A stretch of 64,000 bases of DNA, from positions 124,001-188,000 of the IMG/VR virus record IMGVR_UViG_3300005537_000001. One strand, given 5' to 3'. The translations under genes were made by a program, and so were the position numbers. This document shows positions 10,128-18,056 of this stretch, piece after piece; positions within the stretch are counted from its first letter, which is position 1, and the number at the start of each line of letters is the position of its first letter. The notes beneath the pieces are model-generated. The model was not told the origin of the DNA. It saw only the letters and a list, made by a program, of their open reading frames with translations, and searched no databases.

Positions 10128-10424
10128 ATGCTTGCCGAATACACATCAATCGAGCGTAGATCACACATCCGCCACCGCGCCCGAACAGACGTTCGCATTC
10201 GAAAATTAAGCGGTCAATCCAAGATGTGCCGAGCTGTTAACCTATCAGCTCAGGGCGTTGGCATCCAAACAGATGACATGGGGCTTCTCAAGGGTGAGAT
10301 AGTCCAGCTTGTTTTCGCTATCAACCTCGGCTCCGTTAGCAAGCTTCACCGTCGAACTGCTCGAGTTGTTCACGTCCGCTCCGGTGTTACCGGATTTTTC
10401 ATGGACGCCTTCGCGGGTAAATGA
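10128..10424 (+). CDS. PilZ-domain (c-di-GMP-binding) protein
   Basis: ERRSHIR (RxxxR) and NLSAQG ([D/N]xSxxG) motifs; early promoter upstream. Confidence 0.8.
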   Translation: MLAEYTSIERRSHIRHRARTDVRIRKLSGQSKMCRAVNLSAQGVGIQTDDMGLLKGEIVQLVFAINLGSVSKLHRRTARVVHVRSGVTGFFMDAFAGK

Positions 10425-11449
10425 TGAAACCAAAGCTTCTAACCAGGGGAGAATTTCGCGACAGCGTCTTTCGCCGCGATGGATCCAAGTGCATCTTCTG
10501 CGAACAGCCCGCGGCAGATGCTCACCACATTCTTGAACGTCGCCTATGGCCAGACGGTGGATACTATCTGGAGAACGGTGCCAGCGTTTGCCCTCAACAC
10601 CACCTCGAGTGCGAGCGAACAACCATCAGCGTTGAAGAGGTTAGGCACGCGGCCAAAATCACTAAGATCTGGGTTCCTCCGCATCTGTACGATGATCACA
10701 TCTACGATAAGTGGGGTAACCCCATCTTGGAAGATGGTCGCCGAGGTCGGGGTGAGCTATTTTTTGACGAGTCGGTGCAAAAGGCTTTGAAAGAAGGAGG
10801 TGTTCTTGATCTCTTTACCCCCTATGTCAAGTATCCGCGCACACTCCATCTCCCTTGGTCTCCTGGATTTACTGATGACGACAAGGTTATGGAAGAACTT
10901 GATGCATTCAAGGACATGATAGTTGTCGTCACCGAGAAGATGGATGGTGAGAATACCACCATGTACCGCGATCACATCCACGCGCGCAGCATCGACAGCA
11001 GAGGTGGAGAAGATAGGGCATGGGTGAAGCAGTTTCACGCCCGCATCGCCCATGAGATACCAGAAGGTTGGCGCATCTGTGGTGAGAACCTTTGGGCAGA
11101 GCATTCCATCCACTATGACAATCTTAGATCGTATTTCTACGGCTTCAGCATCTGGAATGAAAAGAACGTTTGCCTTTCGTGGCATGATACGGTAGAATGG
11201 TTTTACCTTCTTGGTATCGAGCCCATGCCGGTGCTTTACAACGATTTTTGGGATACCGCAAACATCCGCAACCTTGAAAGATATCTGAAGTGGGAGAACA
11301 ACGAAGGTTACATCGTTCGAGTCGCTCACAGCTTTCCATATTCTCAATTCCGCAGAAGCGTTGCAAAGTTTGTCCGCAAGGGTCACGTCCAGACAACGAA
11401 GCACTGGCGAGCTGGGCGATCATTTATTCAAAATGGACTTGCACGATGA
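10421..11449 (+). CDS. HNH domain fused to ATP-dependent RNA ligase
   Basis: CIFC..DAHHI...NGASVCPQHH; KYPRT, EKMDGEN (motif I), EGYIVR, KFVR. Confidence 0.85.
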   Translation: MMKPKLLTRGEFRDSVFRRDGSKCIFCEQPAADAHHILERRLWPDGGYYLENGASVCPQHHLECERTTISVEEVRHAAKITKIWVPPHLYDDHIYDKWGNPILEDGRRGRGELFFDESVQKALKEGGVLDLFTPYVKYPRTLHLPWSPGFTDDDKVMEELDAFKDMIVVVTEKMDGENTTMYRDHIHARSIDSRGGEDRAWVKQFHARIAHEIPEGWRICGENLWAEHSIHYDNLRSYFYGFSIWNEKNVCLSWHDTVEWFYLLGIEPMPVLYNDFWDTANIRNLERYLKWENNEGYIVRVAHSFPYSQFRRSVAKFVRKGHVQTTKHWRAGRSFIQNGLAR

Positions 11450-12453
11450 ACTTTTGGTTTCTCATAACAATTCAGGGCGCCCTGACCATCCTCTGGATGT
11501 TCTATCCGATGTTGTTCGAAAAGTGGGAGCATCAGGGCCGCATGTATTATCCGCATGGAGAGTACATCGACGTAATATTGGATTATTCTGGCCCGCGACT
11601 TGGTGATCGCGAGGCGCAGCAGCTTGCCCTTACCCACTTCAAGGTGGTGATGAAGTGGAAAAAGATCTTAGGCGCTGGAATCATCGCGCTGTACTTTGTG
11701 TCTCAAATCATGGGTCACTATGGAGTTTTACGATGACTAACTGTGATGCGTGCGCGGCTGGCACCTGCGCTCAAAAGCTGTCGCTGTTTGACACCATCGT
11801 AGAGATGGCTCAAACGCCGCTGATACCAGATGGTGAGGAAAATACCTATGAAGCTGGATATCATGATGGTCACGTTACGTTTGCCCGTGAACTCTGCGAA
11901 ATGCTGGGTGTAGAAGTAATCGAGCGCGAAGTAGAACCAGAGGAAGAATCAGATGAGTGAAGTTGAGCACGACCAATTCTGGACACAAGTCGAAGATGAA
12001 TTTGGCGGCTGGAAATGGTATCCAATCGATCATTTCTTCTACGCCACGTACCACTGGAAAGATGGTGTCGGAATCATTAGGACGGATCCTATCGCGTGGT
12101 TAGAGTCATCAGGTAATTATCACCACGTCATAAGCGGTAAAGATCTCAACGGTATCTCCAAGCGAGAAAAATTCGATTCAATCGCTAAGGCGCTTCGACG
12201 CATGGCGGATATCATCGAAGATCATGAGCGCAAGCAGGTGGGAGATAGTAATGCTTAGCTGGAGAGTAATTTACCCATCCGGAAATCGTCGTAAGCTTTC
12301 CATAGCGCAGGTACGCGACTATGAAGCTGACGATTGGGATCTTGCCTCGCGTCGAGAATTTGACGATGAGGAAGAATGCCGGCAGTACATGATCGAGCTG
12401 GCAGAAGATCACGGCCTTGAGTATGAAGGTCAACACAAGTTCTTGGATTAAAC

Positions 12454-13221
12454 ATGCATTGGGTAATTCAAGAGGATCTCTTTCAGGAAAACGGACGTGA
12501 AGTTCTTCTTGACATCTTGGAAAAGATGGGCATCCCATTTCAGGTGGTCAAGATTGTTCCATTCTCGCACGAACTGATTCCAGAAGTTACCGCGACTAAT
12601 CCGATTATCACCAACGGTTCCGTTATGCTCTCCAAGATAGCGCGAGAGCGTGGTTGGGAACCTGGAGGATATCTCAATGACAACTTTGACTATCGCGTTT
12701 GGTTCCCACACCTCAAGCCGTACCTCCTAAACAGCGACGCTGTTTTCTGCACCGCAGCTCACGCCTTCCCAGATCCAAGATGGTCCGATGTATTCATTCG
12801 ACCACAGCTGGACAATAAGTCCTTCAATGGACAGGTGATGACGATGGAAGAATTTATCATCTGGAAGGCTGGTATTTTGGTTGGTGACAACGAGCAAGTT
12901 AAGCCAGATACAGAGATCATCTACACCACGCCCAAGAAGGTGGGCCAGGAACATCGACACTTTATCGTAGATGGAAAGGTGGTGACAAGCAGCCGCTACA
13001 AGCTGAATGGACGATCAAATCAGCAGGCGGGAGCTGATGACTACATCGTCGACTTCGCAAATCGAATGGCGGGCATCTTTTCGCCGGCAAGAGCGTTCGT
13101 GCTTGATACCTACGTTACTGGAGATGAGCTTGGAATTGTAGAGCTTGGATGCGCCGCCAACGCCGGTTTCTACAAGTGCGATGTTCAGAAATTGGTGATG
13201 GCATTGGAGGACGCTGTATGA
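12454..13221 (+). CDS. ATP-grasp (R2K/DUF4343-like) protein
   Basis: FIRP..DNKSFNGQV, EHRHFIVDGKVVTSSRY, FVLD..IVE...AGFY. Confidence 0.75.
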   Translation: MHWVIQEDLFQENGREVLLDILEKMGIPFQVVKIVPFSHELIPEVTATNPIITNGSVMLSKIARERGWEPGGYLNDNFDYRVWFPHLKPYLLNSDAVFCTAAHAFPDPRWSDVFIRPQLDNKSFNGQVMTMEEFIIWKAGILVGDNEQVKPDTEIIYTTPKKVGQEHRHFIVDGKVVTSSRYKLNGRSNQQAGADDYIVDFANRMAGIFSPARAFVLDTYVTGDELGIVELGCAANAGFYKCDVQKLVMALEDAV

Positions 13222-13646
13222 TAATCGACGCGATCAAGCGAGCGTATAAGACCGCCAGGGAGCGCGGATGGGATTCAGTGTATTGGGCGATCGATCTTCA
13301 CGGTGTCTGCTTTCCAAGCAACTATGCCCGCGGCAGCTACGAGTTCATCCATGACGGCGTCATCCATGGTTTGCGCGCCATCAGCCTTCGACCGGAATCA
13401 AAGATAATTCTTTGGTCATCCGCTCATCCCAACGAGCACGCCGACATCATTGACTTCTTCCAGCTTGAACATGGAATTAGAATCTGCTATTTCAACGAGA
13501 ATCCCGAGATTAAAAGCACGGCCACCGGCAACTTCGAGAAGAAATTCTATTTTAGCGTTCTTCTCGATGATAAGGCGGGATTTGATCCGCATACCGACTG
13601 GCAGCTGATTACGGATTATTTGAGAAATAATCCGGAACGCTTATGA
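13218..13646 (+). CDS. HAD-like hydrolase
   Basis: AIDLHGV, ILWSS, LLDDKAGF. Confidence 0.7.
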   Translation: MIIDAIKRAYKTARERGWDSVYWAIDLHGVCFPSNYARGSYEFIHDGVIHGLRAISLRPESKIILWSSAHPNEHADIIDFFQLEHGIRICYFNENPEIKSTATGNFEKKFYFSVLLDDKAGFDPHTDWQLITDYLRNNPERL

Positions 13647-13960
13647 CGTACGAAACAAACATCCTGCTTCAAACTATCCGGCTCGCTCGTAAGGAGCGAA
13701 AACCACTTGCTAACATCAGCTTGAAGCTTGTTGAAGAGGTCGGTGAGCTGGCCGAGGCCGTTAACCACCTTGAGGGATACCTCCCGCACAAAACGATGAA
13801 GGAAGAACTTATCGGCGAGGTTGCGGATGTAATCCAGTGCGCGATAACCATACTGGTAAAGACAAAACCAGAGATTTTTGATGAAGAGATCGTGCTTCAG
13901 CTGGCGCGAAGCTTGGATCACAAGAATTCGAAGTGGGAGAGATTATTAGCTGACCGATGA
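13643..13960 (+). CDS. MazG-like nucleotide pyrophosphohydrolase
   Basis: KLVEEVGELAEA...EVADV. Confidence 0.85.
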   Translation: MTYETNILLQTIRLARKERKPLANISLKLVEEVGELAEAVNHLEGYLPHKTMKEELIGEVADVIQCAITILVKTKPEIFDEEIVLQLARSLDHKNSKWERLLADR

Positions 13961-14243
13961 TAAATACTCGTTTACGAGGAAGACGAGATGATCAACTGTA
14001 AGCCGTACAACAAGACGATCACCGATGATTTGAACACGGCTTACCGTGCCCAGGATATTCACTGGTTTCACCGTGAGATCCGCCGTCTCTGTAAGATAGT
14101 TGCTAGCCGTCCAAACAACTTTGACAATACTGTCGACTACGATCACGTTACGAGCCGCCTTCAGGTATGCCTTGCCTTCGCCGATTCCTTCGTTAGGCAT
14201 GGTGAAACAACCCAACTAATTTGCGACATGGTGAACTTCTAAA

Positions 14244-15344
14244 ATGAAACTACACGAGATACATAAGGCTAAAACAGAGGTTTCAGCTGAGCAGCGCAAG
14301 CTGTACAATGCTATCGTCAAAGCGATAGCCAAGACGGTTAAGATGGCAAATTCAAACGCTCTCGGTCAAGCTGGTCCAACCGACATAAATCCAGAATACC
14401 TAACCCGAATTGGCAATGGTCTAAAGGCGGCAGCTCTCGGTGGTAAGGATGATTTCGAGAAGGATTGGTCGAAGCTTGCTAGTAGGCACACAGATTTATT
14501 TGCTCATCTCGCTGATGAAATTTTCTCAGAATTAGGTGTAGACACATACGATGAGATGATGACTAAGCTTAAGCAGCTTAAAGAGGCAGATGAGACCGAC
14601 GTTGACGCACCAGAAGCTAAGGATGATGAGCTTGAGGCTGATAAGAACGCAGCCGAAGCAACCCCCTCCCCACAGGAGGACGTCGGTTCTGTCTCTCAAG
14701 CCGAAGGTTTCAAGAAATCCAAGAAGGAGATGTTTGCTTTTGGAGCAACTCGACCAGTAACACTTCTTACCAAAGACGAGAAAATCGGCGGCATGGACAT
14801 TACGCTTCAATACGTTATCAACCCAAAGACCGGAGCGTGGAGCTTGCGAGCCGCGCTGCAGGGACAGAGCGCCGAAGATATGGTTGAGTTTGAAACTGGA
14901 GAGGATCCAACCTCACTCATCAAGAATCTTAAGAAAAAGAAAAAGATTACTCCTCACCAGCTTGTAGACAACCTTAATCCACCTGCCGATAAAATCGGTG
15001 CCAAGAAGCCACCAGCTCCAGTTCCAACATCAACTCCAGAAAAACCAGAAGATGACGAGGAAGAATCAATTGATGAGGCTGTCAAGTCCAAGTTGTCCAA
15101 GGATATGATTTCGAAGGAGCTTCGTCGTGGTATCATGATGGCATGGAACGCTATTGGTCATGATCTCCTCGACGCGCTTGGTGAAGATGCAGACAATGAA
15201 TTGATTATGGATTCGGTTGCGACCACTGACATGATGCATTCCTATGGATCACCAGAAGCGTCAAAGGAACTTCGTAAACTATTTGACGATTACGGAGTGG
15301 CGGCCGTTCATAAGCTTCTTTCTAAAGAAATTCACCTCAACTAA
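14244..15344 (+). CDS. Probable virion internal (poly)protein
   Basis: MKLHEI N-terminus; internal LKE/IDE sites; acidic linkers. Confidence 0.7.
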   Translation: MKLHEIHKAKTEVSAEQRKLYNAIVKAIAKTVKMANSNALGQAGPTDINPEYLTRIGNGLKAAALGGKDDFEKDWSKLASRHTDLFAHLADEIFSELGVDTYDEMMTKLKQLKEADETDVDAPEAKDDELEADKNAAEATPSPQEDVGSVSQAEGFKKSKKEMFAFGATRPVTLLTKDEKIGGMDITLQYVINPKTGAWSLRAALQGQSAEDMVEFETGEDPTSLIKNLKKKKKITPHQLVDNLNPPADKIGAKKPPAPVPTSTPEKPEDDEEESIDEAVKSKLSKDMISKELRRGIMMAWNAIGHDLLDALGEDADNELIMDSVATTDMMHSYGSPEASKELRKLFDDYGVAAVHKLLSKEIHLN

Positions 15345-15360
15345 CCTGTGAAAAATAACT

Positions 15361-15450
15361 GTTTACTTTTGATTTGCTTTGTGGTATTATTTTCTTTCTC
15401 GATTAGAACTGTTAGTTCTGATTCCAAAGTTTTTTGTTTCCGTATAAATA
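15361..15450 (+). promoter_or_regulatory. Early (GTTTAC...TATTAT) and late (TATAAATA) promoters of the tRNA operon
   Basis: GTTTAC at 15361, TGG-TATTAT ending 15390; TATAAATA 15443-15450. Confidence 0.7.
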
Positions 15451-15497
15451 GTTTCGCGCTGAGCAGTCAGCGATAACCTAACTGAGGATTATTTTTA

Positions 15498-15629
15498 ATG
15501 TTCACCTCTTCATTCAAACACATTATGGTCAAGACCTGGCAAAATTGCCAGCGTACCATCGTGCGCTTTGAAAGAAAGCAACATGATAATACGCAAATTG
15601 CCCTCAGTGACGAGTACGAAGGTTTGTAA
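15498..15629 (+). CDS. Leader peptide (43 aa) of a putative attenuator upstream of the tRNA array
   Basis: GAGG SD; MFTSSFKHIMVKTWQNCQRTIVRFERKQHDNTQIALSDEYEGL*; 3' end overlaps the antiterminator. Confidence 0.75.
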   Translation: MFTSSFKHIMVKTWQNCQRTIVRFERKQHDNTQIALSDEYEGL

Positions 15630-15688
15630 AAGTACAAACAAAAGTTTCGAAAACTGAGGGAGCCAAAAAGCTCCCTCAGTTCGTTTTT
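15601..15688 (+). terminator. Terminator (15652-15688) with competing antiterminator (15601-15660)
   Basis: AACTGAGGGAGC-caaaaa-GCTCCCTCAGTT-CGTTTTT; alternative CCCTCAGT(15601)/ACTGAGGG(15653) enclosing CGAAG/TTTCG and GTTTGTA/TACAAAC. Confidence 0.8.
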
Positions 15689-15897
15689 GGAGACGGCTCC
15701 AACCCAGCTTCAAGGCTTGCTGGGTGATCAACCAAGTCGGACCGCGATGATACTGGCGAGTAGTCTTTAGCCAGCGGAGTGCGATAAAGGCAAGAATTTG
15801 GTAAAAGAGATTCCCATCGGGAATCTCAAAACTGAACGCGGCGCAACCCTTTCTGGGCTCTACGCCGCCGTTCTTCTGATTATGAGAATCCATAGGA

Positions 15898-15968
15898 GTG
15901 GCTGTAGCATAAAGGTAATGCCTCACGCTGTGACCGTGACCAAGCCGGGTCAGTACCGGTCAGTCACC
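15898..15968 (+). tRNA. tRNA-His(GTG), atypical T loop, no encoded CCA
   Basis: TCACG-CT GTG AC-CGTGA. Confidence 0.7.
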
Positions 15969-15984
15969 CCTCTGGATTTTCTAT

Positions 15985-16061
15985 GGTGTTTATGGTGTAG
16001 TGGTCTTGCATCCAAGGTTGTGATCCTTGTGGTGAGGGTTCGATCCCCTCTAAACACCCCA
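15985..16061 (+). tRNA. tRNA-His(GTG) with G-1
   Basis: CAAGG-TT GTG AT-CCTTG; CCA. Confidence 0.9.
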
Positions 16062-16067
16062 ATTTTA

Positions 16068-16141
16068 GCCCGCTTAGGATAGTGGTAGTCTGACTGTTTC
16101 GTAAGCAGTAGGCCGGTGTTCGATTCACCGCGTGGGCACCA
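16068..16141 (+). tRNA. tRNA-Thr(CGT)
   Basis: ACTGT-TT CGT AA-GCAGT; CCA. Confidence 0.85.
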
Positions 16142-16144
16142 AGT

Positions 16145-16240
16145 TTGAGTGTAATGGCGACTTATCTTGGTTCGATTCCAAGTTTAGAATGGTTCTGTGA
16201 CGACGGTCAAGTCGAAGGGTTCGATTCCCTCTCCACTCAA
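16145..16240 (+). ncRNA. tRNA-like RNA with two T-loop hairpins
   Basis: TTGAGTG/CACTCAA closing stem; CTTGG-TTCGATT-CCAAG and AGGG-TTCGATT-CCCT; CGACTT/AAGTCG. Confidence 0.5.
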
Positions 16241-16249
16241 TTCACGTTT

Positions 16250-16324
16250 GAACCGTTCGATTTCTGGTGAGATCACCAGCCTTTCAAGCTGGCCAGATGG
16301 GATCGTTCCCCATACGGTTCGCCA
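16250..16324 (+). tRNA. tRNA-Glu(TTC)
   Basis: CCAGC-CT TTC AA-GCTGG; CCA. Confidence 0.9.
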
Positions 16325-16328
16325 ATTT

Positions 16329-16416
16329 CAGGAATTAGCTCATTGGAGATACGAGAGAGCACTCGGTTGCCGAAAGCACCGAGAGGTTGTTGGTTCGATT
16401 CCAACATTCCTGACCA
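16329..16416 (+). ncRNA. tRNA-Pro-like body with anticodon loop replaced by an extended CGAAA-capped hairpin
   Basis: CAGGAAT/ATTCCTG-A-CCA; CTCGG-T-TGC-CGAAA-GCA-CCGAG. Confidence 0.65.
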
Positions 16417-16422
16417 AATTAC

Positions 16423-16497
16423 GGGTTGTTAGCTCAGAGGCAGAGCATCCGGTTCTTACCCGGACGGTCGAGATTTCAAAATTCTCACAACCCACCA
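16423..16497 (+). tRNA. tRNA-Lys(CTT)
   Basis: TCCGG-TT CTT AC-CCGGA; CCA. Confidence 0.9.
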
Positions 16498-16501
16498 ATA
16501 T

Positions 16502-16572
16502 TCCCTTGTAGCTTAAACAAAGCCCGGCATTTACGGCCGGAGATGGAGGTGAAAGACCTTCCCAGGGAGCCA
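16502..16572 (+). ncRNA. tRNA-like RNA with loop ATTTACG (nominal UUA anticodon, non-canonical)
   Basis: TCCCTTG/CCAGGGA-G-CCA; CCGGC-ATTTACG-GCCGG; T arm GGAGG-TGAAAGA-CCTTC. Confidence 0.6.
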
Positions 16573-16577
16573 AATAT

Positions 16578-16648
16578 TCCCTGGTAGTTTAACTACTAGA
16601 ATAGCGCGTATACGCGTGGTGGAGGTGAAAGACCTTCCCAGGGAGCCA
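16578..16648 (+). ncRNA. tRNA-like RNA with 4-nt anticodon loop; 3' half identical to 16502-16572
   Basis: TCCCTGG/CCAGGGA-G-CCA; GCGCG-TATA-CGCGT. Confidence 0.6.
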
Positions 16649-16654
16649 AATTTT

Positions 16655-16730
16655 GGGATCGTAGCTCAGAGGCGAGAGCAGGGCCCTTTTAAGGCCAAGG
16701 TCGAGATTTCGAAATTCTCCGGTCCTACCA
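16655..16730 (+). tRNA. tRNA-Lys(TTT)
   Basis: GGCC-CT TTT AA-GGCC; CCA. Confidence 0.9.
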
Positions 16731-16737
16731 AACAAAT

Positions 16738-16863
16738 GGTGATGTAGTGTAATGGCAGCACGCGAAAACATCGATCGCAAATTTTGTTGTGACCCAACCG
16801 TCAGTGATTGGTTATCCACTCATAAAGGCGAAGATTACGTTCGAATCGTAACAATCACCACCA
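16738..16863 (+). ncRNA. tRNA/Y-RNA hybrid (circularly permuted YrlA-like) ending in CCA
   Basis: GGTGAT/ATCACC-A-CCA, D arm, TTACG-TTCGAAT-CGTAA T arm; anticodon arm replaced by ATCGATCGC-AAAT-TTTGTTG...CAACCGTCA-GTGATTGGT-TATC. Confidence 0.65.
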
Positions 16864-16870
16864 AACAAAT

Positions 16871-16946
16871 GCCGCTTAAGCTAATCTAGTGAAAGCGTGG
16901 GCCTGAAGAGCCCGATAGCTCGGAGCGTAACCGAGAGGCGGCACCA
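16871..16946 (+). tRNA. tRNA-Phe(GAA)
   Basis: TGGGC-CT GAA GA-GCCCG; CCA. Confidence 0.85.
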
Positions 16947-16954
16947 AATTTTAT

Positions 16955-17030
16955 TCCGGGTTAGCTCAGCGGTAGTAGCCCCTCGCTGTTAACGAGGTTG
17001 TCGGGAGTTCGATCCTCTCACCCGGAGCCA
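16955..17030 (+). tRNA. tRNA-Asn(GTT)
   Basis: CCTCG-CT GTT AA-CGAGG; CCA. Confidence 0.9.
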
Positions 17031-17037
17031 ATTCAAC

Positions 17038-17111
17038 GGTCCCTTGGTATATGGGTATTACACTGCGCTGTCTACGCGGTAAAGCGAGTCCGAGTCTCGC
17101 AGGGATCGCCA
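17038..17111 (+). tRNA. tRNA-Asp(GTC)
   Basis: CTGCG-CT GTC TA-CGCGG; CCA. Confidence 0.9.
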
Positions 17112-17269
17112 CTATTAACGGATCTTACGTTGACCGCCAAACAGCGCGCATAACCAGCAATACGCTCGTCCAACCGCAAGCTGCTTCTTGCAGCCGGGGT
17201 TTTGACAATTAACACGTGGCTTCGGTTTATCCAACCCAAGGGCGCGACGGTTTGCTGCCCAATAAGCCA

Positions 17270-17935
17270 TTACGAAACAACAGTCGCGTAAAATGCAAGC
17301 GCCGCTTCTAGCGTAGCAAATACCATCGTTGAATCTACTTGAGCGGCAGTTCTTGCTGGATTCAAGTAAGAAATCAAATATGATACGGTGGTTACGGTTG
17401 GAGACGCTTGAGCCATTGACACCGACGTTACGACTCCCTTACCGACGCCAAACGTGGCAGCTTGTACAACGAATACGTTGGCGGTAGGAAGGAACGTGTA
17501 GAGAACGGTATTGGATTCTGTGAATACGATTGGATCAGTTCCAATGATAATGGCTCCACCGCTACCAGTTCCAGCCATCGTCACTAGCCAGCTTGAGTTA
17601 CCATTAACGGTGCCGTTGACTACGAAGATAAAGATGCCAAGCTTAACTTGAGCTGCAACATGGTTGTCAAAGTCAACCGCGCGGGTAAGAACCCAGCTAG
17701 CTGAAACTGAACCAGGATTGGTGACAACGTAGACACCATTTTGAGTAGGATCAAGCTGGTTGGTTAGGAGAATGCGATCATTCGCGCTTGCCGCGAATCC
17801 ATCAACAACCAGCGCCGTTTGCGTGGATGAGGTTAGGGTAGCTCCAACACCAAGAGTGCCGTTAGCGTATGTACCTGCAAGGTTGACTGGTGATGCCGCG
17901 TGAGCAGAATCTAGAGTGCCGGTTACTGTCAACAT
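17270..17935 (-). CDS. Tail-fibre-associated structural protein, antisense within the tRNA array
   Basis: RILLTNQLDPTQNGVY..WVLTRA domain shared with 43610-48169; AGGAG SD and ATAAATA late promoter on minus strand. Confidence 0.8.
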   Translation of the reverse strand: MLTVTGTLDSAHAASPVNLAGTYANGTLGVGATLTSSTQTALVVDGFAASANDRILLTNQLDPTQNGVYVVTNPGSVSASWVLTRAVDFDNHVAAQVKLGIFIFVVNGTVNGNSSWLVTMAGTGSGGAIIIGTDPIVFTESNTVLYTFLPTANVFVVQAATFGVGKGVVTSVSMAQASPTVTTVSYLISYLNPARTAAQVDSTMVFATLEAALAFYATVVS

Positions 17936-17975
17936 TTTATTCTCCTAAATTCGTTTAAAGACAATTCTTATTTAT

Positions 17976-18050
17976 GCTCCATTAGACTTCTGGTGAGGTT
18001 ACCGCTCTCTCAAAGCGGATAGGTGGGATCGTAACCCACATGGAGCGCCA
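17976..18050 (+). tRNA. tRNA-Glu(CTC)
   Basis: CCGCT-CT CTC AA-AGCGG; CCA. Confidence 0.9.
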
Positions 18051-18056
18051 CCAAAT

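Noticed and set aside
16540-16652. CRISPR-like direct repeat (GGAGGTGAAAGACCTTCCCAGGGAGCCAAAT x2)
   Set aside because: Only two copies, explained as the shared 3' halves of two tRNA-like genes; no cas genes.
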